From contig OX597819.1 of the NCBI GenBank assembly GCA_951406725.2, forward strand, positions 54,250,001-54,314,000: 64,000 bases of DNA. The letters are read 5' to 3'. The position numbers and the translations under genes were made by a program. The notes beneath the pieces are model-generated. The model ran no database searches. It had not been told where the DNA came from and saw only the letters and a list, made by a program, of their open reading frames with translations. This document shows, one piece after another, positions 26,901 to 39,783 of this stretch (its first letter is position 1; the number at the start of each line of letters is the position of its first letter). This DNA comes from Octopus vulgaris (Eukaryota).

Positions 26901-27500
26901 ACTCCACTTCCAAAATGAGATTGAATTCTTCTCCCATAGATCGGGAATCTGTGGTTTTATTCATCAGGACAGTGTTATAGAAAACTGGGAATTGGAATTT
27001 TTTTAAAAATCATATACTACAAAAATATTAGTTTATACTAGATTTTTTTCTTGTTACATGTTTCTCTGCTTGCATGTGTTAGATTTGAATTTAGACATTT
27101 GCATGTGTCGTTAAAACAAGGTGTTTTATAACTGGATCTTCTATCATAAAAACAAAACAAAAAAAATCCCTTCATTTATGCTGTTGAATGTTTTCCAACT
27201 AGCTTTACTGTGAGGTAAATACAATAAGATTCCTTGCCTCAAAACACAATGCAACAGTATCTATAATTTTAGCCTACTCCACTTTTGATATACTAAAAAT
27301 TTAGAATAGTTGCATATGAACATGATTTTAATCAAATAAAATTCTAAAGATTCTTTGTATATTTTGAAAGAGTTAGTCATTCTCACTGATTATTTTATAT
27401 TATTTCTTGCTATTAACAATATGATCATGGAATTTAAAAATCATTCCGTCATATCACTTCTTATCTGTAACTTATTAAACTATTCTTAGATCGCTGTTAG

Positions 27501-27512
27501 CCTCTTTGAAAG
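27501..27512 (+). CDS. Candidate 12-nt symmetric microexon (A)SLK, or a 23-nt stop-containing exon from 27490
   Basis: ctattcttag-ATCGCTGTTAG-CCTCTTTGAAAG/gtaatt: a strong donor with two possible AG acceptors. Confidence 0.3.
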
Positions 27513-27574
27513 GTAATTTTTAATTCATAATAAGTTTAGTATCACAAATTGATTGGTCAGCTATGCTGTTTTGA

Positions 27575-27605
<31 letters not shown>

Positions 27606-28383
27606 CTAGCTTCTATTTTGTGTTTGATTTGTCACATTTAGTTAGAAAATCAATTGTTATTGCAATTAGTCACTAAAGCACTGTTTTTTAATAATATATC
27701 TTATGTGAATTTATGGATTGCAAAACAGGGGAATAGTATAATGATATTTTTCAGCTCAATTAGACAATACAGTATTCTTTCTGGGGTTTTACTTCAGGAT
27801 ATGAAAATGACTCGGTTATGTAACTTTTTAGTCTGGATAATTTGAAAGTAGTTTAGAGAATGAAAAACTATCAATAAATAAATAAATGAGTATTATTATT
27901 GTTACTTTCGGTAATACTAACTTTATTTGATCAATTCATTTGGATCTAGTTATCAACTGGGGAAATTTTTTAAATAAGTTGGGCACAATACATTCAAGAA
28001 ATCACTTATAAAATTCATCATCATCAACCTCCTCATTTAATATCAGTGTTCCATGCTGGCATGGGTTAGACAATTTAGGTTCCAATGACCCAAGGACCGT
28101 TTTGTGTATCAGTGTTTGATGTTATTTCTATGCCCTTCTGAATGCCAACCATTTTACAGTGTTTGTTGGGTGCTTTTTGCGTGTCATCAGTGCTAGTGAG
28201 GCTACCATGCAGCTTGCAAGACTATGTAACCCGAATAGAGAGGGGGAAACTTTATACTAGAAGGGTAAGGAGTAGAGTGGGAAGCAGAGCAGAACACATT
28301 TCTTACTTAGAAGAGTGACATGATTACTAACATTTATAAAAGAGGGTGGAGTGAGAAATTAGAAAGTGATACAAGTGGTGATG

Positions 28384-28385
<2 letters not shown>

Positions 28386-28422
<37 letters not shown>
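28386..28422. repeat. (TG)n microsatellite
   Basis: Direct reading. Confidence 0.95.
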
Positions 28423-28423
<1 letters not shown>

Positions 28424-29368
28424 TCATCATCACCATCATCATTTAACGTCCATTGTCCATGCTGGCATGGGTTGGACGATTTGCCCAGAGCTGGAGATCT
28501 GCACCAGGCTCCAGTCTGACTAGGCATGGTTTCTACAACTGGATGCCTTCCTAACGCAAAACACTTTACAGAGTGTGCTGGGTGCTTTTACATCGCACTG
28601 CGTGAGTGATTTTACATGGCACCAGCACAGGACTCTTGCAGACCAGTTCTCTTCACCAGGGGACCAGCTGAGTGCTTTTATGTGGCACCATACCGGCATT
28701 TTTACATGGCACCACACAGGTGCTTTTGTGTGTCGCCACTCAGGCACTTTTATGTAGCACCGTCATGAGTGCTTTACACCACCAGAAGGATCGGTCTCAA
28801 CACTCCCGCTGCAGAGTACAGCTTTTCTTAAGAACAGCAAGGCGCCAGGCATCCTAATCCTTTGTCATCTCACCTGCAAGGCTCAGCATCCTGAGGTCAT
28901 TCTTCAGTACTTCATCCCATGTCTTCCTGGGTCTCCCACTTCCACATGTTCCATTTACTTTGAGAGATTGGTACGTCTTTATGGAGCTTTAGGTAGCCAT
29001 CTGCATGACCAAACCAGCTCAGTCTTCTCTTTTGCACACAGCATCTAATTCCTCTCATGCCTAACTTCTCTCTCAAAACACTAGCACCCTATCAAACATG
29101 TACACTTATATTACATATGCAGCAGAGTATACTAGTCTCATTCTTCTCTAACCATTGCATGTCCTCTGCATTCAGGGTCCATGTCGCACTACCATTTAGA
29201 ATTGTTGTTCATGCATCATGCAATTTTCCTTCCACTTGGTGAGAGAAACCTTTCGCAAGTTAACATCTCTCTAAATCTCCTCCATCCTATTATTTTAGCT
29301 ATCATACTCTCTGTGCATCCACTCCCGCTACTAATTTGGTCCCTTAGAGAGCACAAATTATCTACTAG
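28423..29368 (-). mobile_element. RTE-clade LINE 3' portion (end of RT, 3' UTR with short tandem units, (CAT)n tail)
   Basis: Homologous to 9330-9900 (e.g. catgtcctctgca...ccatgt). It has the tail catcatcatttaacgtccattgtccatgctggcatgggttggac and ~25-bp gtgcttttacatggcacca units at 28580-28785. Confidence 0.85.
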
Positions 29369-30405
29369 ATAGATAGATAGATATCATAATAATTTTACAT
29401 CGCTTTTCTTGCTAGTATGTGTTGAACAGGTCAACACAGTCTAAGTCACTTTTTATTTGGAGTTACTGCTCTCTTAAGAATGTTGGAGGACCAGGTCTCA
29501 CTCATAAGTTCATTTTTATTTTGGTTTCTACTGTTAGATATCCTTCCTAATACTAATCACTTTACAGTGCTTGATGCATTTTATTATGGCCCAGCACTAG
29601 AGAGGTTGTCATGTCCTTGACAAGAATAAAGGGTCCTCTTGACCCTATATTATTTCTACTCATTTGCTAGCCATTTTAGAGTGTACTGGGTGTATTTTAT
29701 CATGGTACCAGCGTTAGTGAGGTTGCATTGTACCTTATAAGACTAAAGATGGCTCAAAATGGTAAAGTATGTCTGTTTGCTCTGGGAAACATGACCAAGA
29801 GGGTGAATAGTAGAGCAAGCAATGACTTATCTATAAGCCATAAGAATTATTTTTAGTATGAAAAACAAAAACAATAAAATATTTGTTATACAGCATTCAA
29901 TCATTGCTTATTGAAATAGTTTGGTAAATCATATTAATTATTCAGTCATAGATGACCTTCTCATTAAATAACTCTTTTTGTTATGCTAATCATTTGAGGT
30001 TATAGTTTTAAATGATAAATTAAAAAATACTATTAAAAGTTATTAATCTTATACTGCATTTCTTTATTAAGACAGGAACTGATATGTCTATAATTTAACC
30101 AAATTTTGTGTTGATAGTGTGTTGCTTTTGTAGTAGTCTTCTCTTGATATCAACAAAGGTAACTAGAACACAATAAAATTTTTGAATAATGTTAAAGAAT
30201 ATAAATTGCTGATAATGATGTTTGAGTAATTATTAACAGAATTGCAAAAAATAATGATTATGTTTTATATATTTGTAAATTCATAGCTAGGCAAGTTGAT
30301 TAGTTATCAGACCACCAACAGAAGGGTGGATGTTTTGTATCTTGTCATTGTCTTTAGCTACCACTGGTCCTGTGTTTGTAGACAGTACACATGATTCTCA
30401 TTGGC

Positions 30406-30761
30406 TTAATCCTTTTAAAGTGGCTATATTCGGACTGTTTTATGTTGAAACCAGCCAGATCTAGCCTCTCACACCTACACTACCTTGTCATTCTAAAAAT
30501 ATACAACCAAATCATCAATATTTCAAGGCTATGAGATAATCATCCTCATTTAACATCCGTGTTAAATGATGATGATGATAATTATCTCATGGGCTTGAAA
30601 TTTTGATGATGTGGTTGTATATTTTTAGAATGACATTGTAGTGTAGGTGTGAGAGGCTAGATCCGGGTTGTTTGAACATAAAATATGTATGATTAATTTC
30701 TAAACAATATGAATAGCTAAGCATTACATTTGGTAGAGTAGTCTGAATGCTAAAGAGTTAA
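30406..30761. mobile_element. TTAA-flanked MITE carrying an internal inverted duplication
   Basis: ttaa-tcctttt ... gctaaagag-ttaa. It is homologous to the simple copy at ~47625-47834 but has an extra inverted segment. Confidence 0.8.
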
Positions 30762-32951
30762 TACTCTTAGCTACCAAAAGTTATAACTCAGTGTCAAGTT
30801 CAAGTTCATCATTTGGCTGAATGAAGGTAGTGGGAAGCAGCTCAATTTTGTAGACCAGAGTTTTTTTGGTTAACTTTGCTATTGAGTCTAGGTTGTTATT
30901 TTGACATAAGCTGTGTGATGGTTTGTTGATTTGTAACAGTTCAGTTTATTTTAAATGTCAAGCATCTGCCACATTTTCTTTGGTTATAATGGATTTTGCA
31001 AAGAGTGATTTTTATGAATTCTAGAGGAATTAGTCAAGTTGAACAGATGACTTTTTAATTTATATAAGTAGAATACTTAACCATATCTCACACCATTTTT
31101 CTATTGAATTGTGAAAGGCACCAAAACATGTTCATTAACAACAGATGTTGTAAATTCAGTGTTTTGGATGTTTTTAAATTTTAATCAAGAGAGGAAAGTC
31201 CTTCAGAAGCAGACTCTTCTCTGTATTGATCAGGTTGATGTGGTTGTTATTCAGGTTAAATTTCTGCAGGTTGAAGTCTAGAGAGAAAGTATTAATGCAG
31301 CAAAGTATCAGATAGTTGTATTTCAAGGAAAAAAGTTTTTGAGTAAAGTTTTGTTGTGATTGTTTAGGGTGGCACTGATGAAAAAATAGTTGAATTTTTG
31401 AGTGCTCATAGGTAAAGACAGGAAAAACAAATTATAACCTATGAAAATTTAGAGAGAACCATAAATAATTATGATATTCTCAAAGGAATTAGTAGTGTAA
31501 ATAAAATGAATTGGCTTAAAAGATGTAATTGAAATTCACCTGTCTTTACTAGCTGCTTGCTTAATGCTCTATAGCAGGCACTATTGTAGAGGATATAACA
31601 TTAAAACATTTTGAAAATTGTCACATCAATTTACATATGTAAATTTCAGGAGCTAGTATTTTGACCATTCAGTATCTTTTTTGTTTGTTTGTTTTGTTTT
31701 TTTTAATAATTACCAAGCAGTTACGAGGAGTGACATCTATTTTATAGGCAAGTAATATTTTTTTATCTAAGAGCCACAACATGATACACAGTTCTACTAC
31801 AATTTCTCTCATCTAATAAATTTCTTACATTGGCACAAGGTATCATATCTTGGATTGAAGTATGGGTAATTAAACTTAACCTAGTTCTTTATTGGTACTT
31901 ATTTTATCAACTTTGGAAGGTTATAAAGCAAAGTCAACTCCTGCAGACAACATCATACGATTAGGACTTTGAACATGATTCTGTCAAACAGGGCTTCATG
32001 ACAAAATATGCTTATATCCATACATGGCATTATATAGTAGTATATTTGCATATTATTTCATCATGAAAATAAATTTAATATGATGATTAAATGTCTTTTC
32101 TTTGCACTATATTAACTTCCCCTATTGAAAGGCCTCTACAAGTTGCTGATTTTGTAGTTGCATATGTATAGTATCCAAAATAAATGAGGGAAGGGAATAT
32201 AAATTTGTATTAGTAACATAAGTAAAATGATTCTCTTTGGTAAGTGAAATCATTATAAACATTCAACTCACAAAGAATTGATTATTATTAAAGCAAATCC
32301 CGCACTCAAGTTTGGAATATAGCAAGAAGTAAGAGAAATAGAACTTAATTATGACAATGAAATAAGAACTTTTACTGTGATTGAAAAAAGCAGCTATAAA
32401 CACATTTCAGGTATTTTGTATTAGTATTGAATGGTTCAATAGTTCATGTCTGGAGTTCAGAACTAGGCTTAGTGTTGTCAAGGTTAATAGATTTTATGTA
32501 ACTTGCATAATAACTTTTTGTTTACAAATAAAATCATTAAAACAGCTGTTCTTAGTTTTGAGCAGTCATAATTTTTCAGTCTAATTTTGTGACCCAGTTT
32601 CTCCTCAATATTGAAACTATGTTACTTATAATATTGGGAAAAAGGTGAACATCACATTTTTTTTCCTCTCATGTACATTAATTATGAGGCAAAATAACTA
32701 ATTGAAAAATTATTACTAATGTCAGGTTGGGACAGTAGGTTGGAAGAATTGTGTTAGCATTGAACAAAATTCTTTGATATTTAGCTTCAGCTCTTTATGT
32801 TTTGAGTTCAAATCCCACTGGTGTCAACTTTGCCTTCCATCCTTTCAGAATCAATAAAGTTAAATACCAGTCAAGTACTAAGGTTGATTCAGTTAACTGT
32901 ACCCTCACTTTAAATTAGTGATCCTGACAATAATATCAATGTAGAAAGTTG

Positions 32952-32952
32952 A

Positions 32953-32993
<41 letters not shown>
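32952..32993. repeat. (ATT)n microsatellite, tail of a family A SINE
   Basis: Direct reading; it follows the SINE at 32735-32950. Confidence 0.9.
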
Positions 32994-33701
32994 GGGTTGA
33001 TATTTGACTAAAATGTTAGTAGGCTGAACTAAATGCTATACAATATTTAGTCATATATCTCCTTTTTGTATTCAAATACTTTCAAAACCTTTCATCAATC
33101 AAAGAGCAATAAAATAAATATTATTCAATTCAATCAATTACAAATTTTTGATATTGTACCAATGTAAGAAATCAGTGTTATTATTTACATCTATCTTTAT
33201 TTACTGTCATAAGTAAGTTTGGTTAAGTCTGTAAAGCAGATTATATGGTCAACTATTTAAAATACTTTATGTAATTACTCTAAAGTTTTACATTTGAGTA
33301 ATTCGTAATTAATTTTTCTTCTTTGTTATGTATTCTATTTCTCTTGTCTTGATGTTATAGATTAAATTCTATTTTCTGATTGTATGGTGCCATCCAACCT
33401 ATGATGTCATGAAAATATATTTGAAAAGAAAAAGAGAATTATAGTTTCTCTGAGGAATAATTTATTTATAGAAATATGATATTCCTAATAAGAAAAATTA
33501 AATATTTTATATCTTGTTTTGAAGATACTTAAATTTAAGAATAAAAGATATTTATATTATAGGTTTGTTTTTGTTGTTCCTGCTAATATAGGTAGGATAG
33601 TTTTCATAAATTCAAAATTTTACAAAGATTTTTATTGTTGGGTATATTCCATTCACCTGGTTACCTGAAAAGTTCCAATTTGTCTGTCTATTTTACACCT
33701 G

Positions 33702-33704
<3 letters not shown>

Positions 33705-33760
<56 letters not shown>
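33705..33760. repeat. (TA)28 microsatellite
   Basis: Direct reading. Confidence 0.97.
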
Positions 33761-33764
<4 letters not shown>

Positions 33765-36700
33765 GCAATGTGGCATGGCAACTTTTTGATTTTAGATTAA
33801 ATATTTTATTTTAAGTGAATGCTTGTTTTGTAATTATACAAGCCAAGCCGAACTCAACAGTATGGGTTAAACAATTCTAATCAGTCTTCTCTCTGTTAGA
33901 TGGTTAATGAGAATAGTGTATCTCTTTATTATAAGCCTGAATTGTTAATTTCAATTTTCACTCATAGACTGTGAACTAATTACTTAACAGTATACATAAC
34001 TTGGCTGTTAGGCCTAATTCACTTGCTTGGTTTAGTGGATTTCATTCTGTTGCAAGTATTTGAATAAGCATAACTCAATAGCTTAATGCAATGCTTCCTT
34101 CTGCATTAACCCGTAAGTTGTGATTTTTCCCGTCCCTAATCCCAGAGATGTTTGCAAAAGGTCATGGGTGTTACCTTTACTCCCCTAGTTAAACCATTAA
34201 TTATAATAAAAATACAAGAATTTTCTTATCTCAAAAAGATACTTTTGATGTGCAATAATCTTATTTTTCCAATGAGCAATTATGTATTCTTAACAATACA
34301 GTCTATTGGAGACAATAGGAAGAACTTGGAAGTATTCTTTTTCTGTATTGGATTCTTCACTTGATACTTGTATACTTCTTGAAATAAAGATTTTCATTCT
34401 TAATTTTTTTCTCTCTATTTTTTGTTTGTTTGCATGACTATGGTTTTGTTTGCTGTTTGTGTTTGATTTCATTATGTTTGAATTTTTTCAAACATGATCT
34501 TAATTTATTCATTTCAATACAACAAATACATTTATATTCATAGGTACACACTCAGTTATACACAAGCTTAAATATGTTCACACATAAAATTTGCACAAAT
34601 ATCACCTCCAAGTAGCTTCCATCTAGTCATCACTCTTGGCTTATTATTGCTATCAAATAAATTTATAAGTTATCAAGTTATCCTCAAATGCCTCTAACCT
34701 CATTAAGCTTCCCATTCTATTTTCTATTCATCTCTCTTTTTTACTCTTCTCTCTTGTTTCTGTCCACTCTCCTCTTTCTCACATCTGTCTCCGTGTTTCT
34801 CACCTGTCTCTTTCTTCTCATTTGCCTCCTCCTCTTTCATTTCTTCTCCTCTCACACATCCCCCCTTTCATCTTGCCCCCATCTTACATATATTCCGTTT
34901 TTCTCCCCCCCCCCACTTCTCTTTCTTTGCTGGCCTGTATTATAAAGCTGAAAAACAGGCTCTCAAGTTAGTAGAAAAGCTATTTTATGATCTACTTAAG
35001 ATTCATAAATACAAACCAGAAAGTCAGATTTATCAATGATTTGTTCTTCTTTTGTGGTTCTTACTCTGGAGAACAAGCAAAAGCAAAGCTGTTAATTTTG
35101 AAATTATCAGGGGGGGGGGGGGTTTCAACTTTATTTCATGACATTCACTTAGATTTGAAACTTCTTTTTATAGGTTGTTCTGTTGATGCATGTGTTGAGT
35201 TTTTCCATACCACCTACCCCCTATTATCATTTAAGAAGTATCTCGGGTATTAGTCATTTTCCCAACCTTTATCGTTCTCCATATCAGTGAACTCTGTTGT
35301 CAGCCTGAAATCATTGAATCTCCCAAGCTGATAGATAAATTTGCATGCTTCTTTCATTTTGGGTGTGTTGATTTTACCTGCATGAAAATTTACAATTCTT
35401 TACCAACCTGTGTGTTTATCCAGTAATGAAGAACTTCAAAACATCATACATGGTGGAATCGACAACTTCATCACATTCACCATCATCGGAATGAAAGGAA
35501 ATCAAACCAAGAGCTCGTGTCTCAATCTGTTATGAAAACCTAGAATACATGACTTAACCAATCTCGAACTGCTGCAAACACTTTACAAAGCACACATATT
35601 CTCTACAATGTTGTACTGCCCACACACCTATATGCATTTAGCTCATAATCAAGAAAAGCTGCCTGCTCAATACACAACCCATATTCAATTATACACTCAA
35701 ATCACTGAAAATCTCTTATCTGTTACATCACAGTAATGTTTTATACAGGCACAAAACCTTGCACTTTGATGGGGATGGAGCAGTGACTTAAATTAATCCC
35801 AGTTCTTAACTTGTACTTTTTGTCAGCTCCAGAAGGAGGAAAGGCAAAGTTCACCCTGCTTGAGTTTCACCTGAAATCCTAGAGTTAGATCCAATACATC
35901 AAAGCATTTTTCTAATGTTCTAATGATTCTACCAATCTACTGCCTTCTATCTACCGCCAAAATCTTGAATGGCAAACCCACAGCTATAAGTTCGTCAAGA
36001 TTATTGACTTGCCTTCTTTTCAAACTCCCTCCATTATGGTTCTGTTCACATACCTAGTAATATACAGTAATCACCTTCTTCATTTCAGATTAGATTAGAT
36101 AGATATCATTCTCTGGTAGGTGAGCCTTCTCTTACAAGGATGATAGTCCACTTACATGCTGTACCTCCCTTCTGTCTCATCTGCTGCTATTATAATGTTG
36201 CTTGCTGTGCACTAGCAGATGCATTTACCTTTCCTTTTCTTGATACCCTTGATATATCTCACTTTCCAGATCCCATACTAAATACTTTGTTCCACTTTAC
36301 TTCAGAAATGGAACCGTGGCAAACTTTTTTCTCCCTATACCTCACCTGTGAGAAGCGAGCTTTTGATAGTCAAGTTTTCATTTGAGTAGCTTATTTTAGC
36401 ATTTTTGAAAATCATGAATTTTGATTTTTAATAATATAGATGAAATATAACAGTGAAAATCATTGGTAATGAACAGATTTAACCATGGCATATTTCATAA
36501 CATATTTTTAGATGTAAAGTTTATGAAACTCTCCCACTTTTCATAATTTTCTTTTACAATATTGAAATTCATTTGTTAAATAAAATTATTAAACCATTCA
36601 TACATTTAAGAACAGTGTATGTGCATATACACCATTCTATATTTTTGAAACAAAAGATAACCATCTTAATGTTAGCATGAATTTGAATTTTCAGTAATGC

Positions 36701-38038
36701 TATGGTTTCAAAAATGTTAGTTAAAAAAAGATTATGAATTTCACATAAGTTCAATTTATTTTGTAGAGGAAACCTATACTTTTTTTGTCTTTCTATTCAT
36801 TTTTATTTAAGAAGTGATATTAATAAGTTTTCTTAAACTTTAATTAAGTTAATTAGATTTCTCTATATTTAGCTTATCTATCTTAACTAATTACACGAGC
36901 AGAAAGTAACATGAAACTGATACAGTCTTTGTTTTTGATATGAACACATCCATAATTAAAGTAAGTTTTAATCCTTGATATTAGTGACAAATTTTGAAGG
37001 TCAACTAAATTTACCTGAACTTCAGTTAAGCTTATTGACATATCAAGCCAATCTTGACTTGAGGTTTAATATTTAATTAAGTTTATGTTTATTTTGTTAT
37101 ATGTAACACTATAACAAAAACCTTGCCACAAATGTGTATGTAAATTAATTTTAACAATAGCTATAATTAATGTCAGAAAAATTAGTAGTTTTGTTACTTA
37201 ATGTCACTTGATTTTGACACTGTTTACATGTCCCGTTAAAATGGGGCTCTATGTTCATGTGATTATATCTTTATTGTTTTTAAACAATCTTGTTAAACAC
37301 ATATAACATTCAACAGATTCTATTTTTCTTTGAATAAAACATATATCTCTTAATTTCTAATTAATCACTTATTAAAATCTCCTTCGACTTAATGGTTTAA
37401 AACTCTATTATCCTACCCTGCTGAAAGATTAATCTTTGACTTAGCTTTAATGAATAGGATTACTTTCCAGCCTAGCCTAATTTTCACTGAGTAATACTAA
37501 GAGTTAGCGCTTTAAAGCCATGAACAAGTATCCTTTGGTTTGATTGATGGAAGTCTGTTTCATTGTGTTTGATTGGTTATATGAAGTTTCCATATTTTAG
37601 TATATTTATCTTTCAGATTCAGAAATAATTATGTATACTAGATATTCTTTAACCTCCTTTTAGTAATGACATTAACTTGGCAAACCATACATTTTTAAAG
37701 GCAGATTCTAACAGAGCATTCATCTCTAAAATAACAGCTGTGTTATTAGCTGTGGGTGAATTAGGTTATATTTACAATGATGTTTTATCTATTAACTTTT
37801 TGAATGAGTTTGACACTGTTTCTGATTTTGCTTAGTCAGAAAACCAATAACTATAGCTATTTTATTTTTGTCAGAATGTTTAGGAAAAATAATTATATTT
37901 ATTTGATAATTAAAGTAGACTTATAGTTGTCTTAATATCATGCAAATAATGGCAGAATTTCTAAGTTGACTATTTTATAAATTGTCACAGCCATTTTTTG
38001 TTTTTTGTTTCATAAAGAAGTAGATACATACTGTAAAG

Positions 38039-38396
38039 CAGTGTTTCTCAACCTTTTGTTTGGCATCCATTTAATAACAAGTTGAATTAGTTGACTCCCT
38101 TCCTTTGCATTTTTGAGACCAACCTGCTTGAAACTACCCCTGCTTCTATAATACAAGCTTACTATTTTAAAAGGATATAAATTTAAGCGTTCCATCAAAA
38201 ATTTATATTCATGTTTCAACACCAGTTTCATAATGACAGGTATTTTACTAAATTCTCTTATTTTCAAAATTAATTGAAAAAAGGGCAGTGTGTTTCAACA
38301 GAAATTTGTTTAACAAAAAGGTTAAATCTTTTGTAGGATTTTCAAAGGTAGATGAAGTTTGCTTTGAGATCTTTGCACCACGGTTTGGGAACACTG
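38039..38396. mobile_element. hAT-like MITE with a nested TTAA-type MITE
   Basis: TIRs CAGTGTTTCTCAACC and GGTTTGGGAACACTG. The internal ~38100-38325 segment is related to 16516-16738 and ends aaaaggttaa. No 8-bp TSD is recognisable. Confidence 0.6.
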
Positions 38397-39706
38397 CATA
38401 GGGTCAGCATCTTTGATGGGAGAGGGCAAGTGGATTGTACTTGACTGGTACTTGTTTTACCATTCCCTGAAAGGTTTGAAGACAAAGTTGACCTTGGTAG
38501 AATTTGAACTCAGAATGTAATGAGTCACAAGAAATACAGTAAAGTATTTTTTGCAACACTAACAATTCTGCCAGCTCAAAACCTTAGTAATAAAATAAAT
38601 TAGGATTCTTACCTATTTGCATGATTTCAAAGTATTCTCTCTAAAAATGTTAGTTATCACAGTGTAACATCCTACTTATTTATGAAAATTAAAGTGTGTT
38701 AAGTACATACAATAATTCTTCAGTTGAAATTTAAAATTGCCACTGATAAATATCAACCTGAAGAACTTAAGTATTTCACTTTAGTTCATAAAATATTCAA
38801 ATATTCATTGAATTTTAAATTATTTTGTGAAATATCATTTCTGTATCACAGATTTTGTCAGCTCTTTCACATGAAGGTTCTTATAGATCTCCATTAAGTA
38901 TATTGATAACAATCACTGTCACCTACATTGTCTCTACTTCTTTCCTTACTATATAATGATGAATATTTGTCTTACATTCAGTTCCATGCTACTATTCTAC
39001 ACTCCGTCTTATATCTAATCAATGGCTTGATTGCTATCTTGTTTTATTTTTTCATATAGGAGGAGTAAATGAGCTTCTTTAGCTTAGTCAAATGTTATTT
39101 GTCTACAAGACACTCTAAAACAATATAGTGGAAAGTTACTCTTTGCTCATCCAACAATACAGTTTCCTACCAAACAAGTATCCAACCAGTTGACACTTTC
39201 AACTTCACTCAGTCAACATTGAATCAATTAGTTGGTACTTAATTTGTCTCACAACTAGGATAAATTGAACCAATTGTTTGACTTTTCCTAATTATATATT
39301 CATCAGTGATAAGATTTTTGTTTTTTGATTTAAAGGAGAAAATTTATCTTTTTTATTGGCTTAGAGTGGATTCTATCTTAGCACTGCAGGTTAATGAAAT
39401 AAACGTAAATTACACATGCACTGATTACCCATATCAATAGACTGGTACCCTTTGACAATAAGGGAAAGTGAACTGTTGAGAATTTTGCTATCTTTGTTAG
39501 AGATACACTATAATGTCAGTAATGGAATGCATTCTATTGGTGAGCAGATGCTCCGAACTAATTCTAATGAGAGTGAAACAGACATGAAACTAATAACTGA
39601 AATTAATTTTCATTCAATGAAACATTATGTGAAAAATTAACTCATCTGAAAAAGAAAATATATTCAATCATATATTAAAACCCTTTTCTTTTTTTTTTTG
39701 TTATAG

Positions 39707-39783
39707 AAATGGCTAGGAACAGTTTTTCAATTGTTGATGAGAAAAAGTATGATTTTAGTCCTTTGGAAGAAAACTGTTATTAA
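39707..39783 (+). CDS. Candidate alternative terminal exon: (E)MARNSFSIVDEKKYDFSPLEENCY*
   Basis: Very strong acceptor (cccttttctttttttttttgttatag), open in phase 1 to TAA at 39781-39783, and AATAAA at 39833-39838. Confidence 0.55.

Noticed and set aside
28580-28785. Repeated ~25-bp gtgcttttacatggcacca units resembling a CRISPR-like array
   Set aside because: The units are degenerate and mostly adjacent, without unique constant-length spacers. They sit in an RTE 3' UTR in eukaryotic DNA with no cas genes.
34688-34945. Hydrophobic 85-aa ORF and similar F/L/I-rich short ORFs (43118, 47219, 59692)
   Set aside because: These are translations of pyrimidine- or T-rich low-complexity intron sequence, with no splice or codon support
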